44,924 nucleotides of DNA from the NCBI GenBank assembly GCA_030592425.1, contig JAUVJK010000002.1:1-44924 (forward strand), written 5' to 3'. The first letter of the stretch is position 1. Every line of letters begins with the position of its first letter. Both the position numbers and the translations under genes were made by a program. Below are positions 43,340 through 44,924 of the stretch, in pieces. Under the pieces are notes generated by a model. That model had not been told where the DNA came from, made no database searches, and worked only from the letters and a program-made list of their open reading frames with translations. The DNA is from Candidatus Moraniibacteriota bacterium. Lineage in GTDB: Bacteria > Patescibacteriota > Minisyncoccia > Moranbacterales > GCA-2747515.

Positions 43340-44566
43340 ATGATCCTTCAATTGCAAGGATCTCACGCTAAGAGCCTATTTAAGGGAAATAGCTTTATTA
43401 TTCTCCATTCTGACGACCCTTCACCCGAAGAGAAGGGCAACAAAAAGTCGCCTTTACATCCTACGCACCAGCGTACCTTGACTTCGGATTATGCTTCTTC
43501 ACGTATTACAGCAATTTTAGACATTATTCAAAATTACGCAGCTCTCTCAATTGTGATTGTCTGCGCTGTTTTAGTTGTCGGCATCAATACCGCTGCAGGT
43601 CTCACATCCGAGAAACCAAAACATGATTCTGCTGAAGATGCGAAATGGAACACTGGACAAGTGCGCGGCGTTGCAACAACCAACTTCTCCAATCCTCATG
43701 CAAAGAATGATGAGGAAACGATCGCAAAAGATGAGGGAGCGGCACTTCTAGCTGCCGCAGAAGAAAGTCAAACCCTCACACAAACACTTGCTGCAACATC
43801 TGTTAAAACGGATGCACAAGACCCTGAGAATGAGGGTGATGTGAGCCTCTATACAGTGAAAGATGGTGATACACTCGGCACGATCGCACAAAGCAACGAT
43901 ATCTCTATCCAGACTCTCTACTGGGCAAATGAGATCGATGATGTTGATGATATTGCACCTGGTGACACACTTTTCATTCTTCCTGTCTCTGGCATAAAAC
44001 ACACAATTGCTACTGATGATACAATCGATGTCATTGCCAAGGAATATAACGCGGATAAAGTACAGATCATCGCATTTAATCAACTTCCTGCAAATGGAGA
44101 ACTAATCGTTGGTGCGGAGATCATCATCATCGGTGGCAATAAGGATCTTCCTGAGCCAGAACCTATCGCAACACCAACACTCGTCCGACGTGACTACGTC
44201 AGTGCAAATGGCGCAGAAACAGCAGCCCTTACTGGTGGCACAGAGAAAAGTCGCAAAGGTGGCAATAGTTTTCCTTATGGCTACTGCACCTATTATGTTG
44301 CACAGAAAAAGAATGTGACATGGCGTGGCAATGCCGGTGCATGGCTTTATAATGCAAAAGCTCAGGGCAAAAAAACGGGCTCAAAACCAAAAAGTGGCTC
44401 GATCGTCGTCACAACAGATGACCCCTACTATGGACATGTTGCCTATGTTGAGAAAGTAAAAGGGGATAGTATTGTGATCTCTGAAATGAACTATCGTGGT
44501 TGGGGAAAGGTCAATACACGTACGATCCCGATCAAAAGTCGCTCTATCCGTGGATATATCTATTAA
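43340..44566 (+). CDS. Membrane-anchored 2xLysM + CHAP peptidoglycan hydrolase
   Basis: LysM repeats (YTVKDGDTLGTIAQSNDISIQTLYWAN; HTIATDDTIDVIAKEYNADKVQIIAFN). CHAP domain FPYGYCTYYVA...GHVAYVE. The start codon is uncertain. Confidence 0.8.
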   Translation: MILQLQGSHAKSLFKGNSFIILHSDDPSPEEKGNKKSPLHPTHQRTLTSDYASSRITAILDIIQNYAALSIVIVCAVLVVGINTAAGLTSEKPKHDSAEDAKWNTGQVRGVATTNFSNPHAKNDEETIAKDEGAALLAAAEESQTLTQTLAATSVKTDAQDPENEGDVSLYTVKDGDTLGTIAQSNDISIQTLYWANEIDDVDDIAPGDTLFILPVSGIKHTIATDDTIDVIAKEYNADKVQIIAFNQLPANGELIVGAEIIIIGGNKDLPEPEPIATPTLVRRDYVSANGAETAALTGGTEKSRKGGNSFPYGYCTYYVAQKKNVTWRGNAGAWLYNAKAQGKKTGSKPKSGSIVVTTDDPYYGHVAYVEKVKGDSIVISEMNYRGWGKVNTRTIPIKSRSIRGYIY

Positions 44567-44606
44567 AACAAGAAATTTGAACAGTGGAAGAGGAAATATA
44601 ATCAAT

Positions 44607-44637
44607 AGTACACATTAATTTGTGTGCTATTTTTTTC
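44607..44637 (+). terminator. Terminator after the LysM-CHAP gene
   Basis: AGTACACA-TTAATT-TGTGTGCT followed by ATTTTTTT. Confidence 0.65.
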
Positions 44638-44775
44638 TAAAGTGACATTTATTGCAATTTTCTACGACTTATTTATAAAAGGCCTTTCTGATGCATATAC
44701 ACTTACAGCAACCCGTGTGCCACATCTTTCATAGACATATTTCGTTCCTTCTCATAAATGCTGTATAATCAATGC

Positions 44776-44924
44776 ATGACAACAATTCCTCCACACTATA
44801 CATCACCACTACGTGTTTCAGAGACTTCTGGACAAGAAGACTCCAGTAATACCTATTTTGAGCGCTGGGAAAAATATAGCACGCTTCCACTAGAAACACA
44901 GGAAAAGCTTGAGTCTGAGGAAAC
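44776..44924 (+). CDS. 5' end of an unidentified ORF running off the window (possibly leaderless)
   Basis: ATG 44776 is open to the window end (MTTIPPHYTSPLRVSETSGQEDSSNTYFERWEKYSTLPLETQEKLESEE). TATAAT at 44764-44769 lies only 6 nt upstream. Confidence 0.3.
   Translation, partial: MTTIPPHYTSPLRVSETSGQEDSSNTYFERWEKYSTLPLETQEKLESEE

Noticed and set aside
1-44924. CRISPR arrays, IS elements or transposases, rRNA genes, and stop-codon reassignment
   Set aside because: I saw no regularly spaced direct repeats and no transposase-like ORF. All conserved genes end at ordinary TAA/TAG/TGA stops with full-length products, so there is no sign of UGA recoding.

Overview
AT-rich bacterial chromosomal segment using the standard genetic code. 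It is compact and mostly housekeeping: rplS 3' end, 9 intact tRNAs, purH-purB-purE-like-purC, udg, nrnA, rbfA, ftsH, tilS, a gmk-like gene, rpsA, gyrA, rpsO, pnp, yraN, lspA, comM, rsmA, pcrA and a xerC-like gene. These are interspersed with secreted or membrane hypothetical proteins and cell-wall enzymes (3D, RlpA-like, LysM-CHAP). The style resembles streamlined Patescibacteria/CPR-type genomes, but that is inference only. No CRISPR array, rRNA gene or transposase was seen. The most unusual content is in the tRNA loci of the first 5 kb. (1) A CAU-anticodon tRNA is split by a 290-nt group I intron. (2) An intact tRNA-Phe, bracketed by 11-bp inverted repeats, sits between decayed 5' and 3' pieces of an older tRNA-Phe. 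(3) A stand-alone GIY-YIG ORF lies between an intact tRNA-Cys and a hairpin-expanded copy of that tRNA's 5' half, apparently all in one transcription unit. Other points worth follow-up are: a circularly permuted DsbA-like protein; a late-steps-only purine cluster with a PurE-like protein lacking both conserved histidines; a Gmk-like protein whose Walker-A lysine is replaced; a tRNA-flanked accessory island (13.1-18.3 kb) with a 1.45-kb gene desert, an XRE pseudogene and identical CACGTG-centred palindromes; and an 870-bp intergenic region (32.1-33.0 kb) that looks like either a ~520-nt structured ncRNA unit or an oriC-like element.
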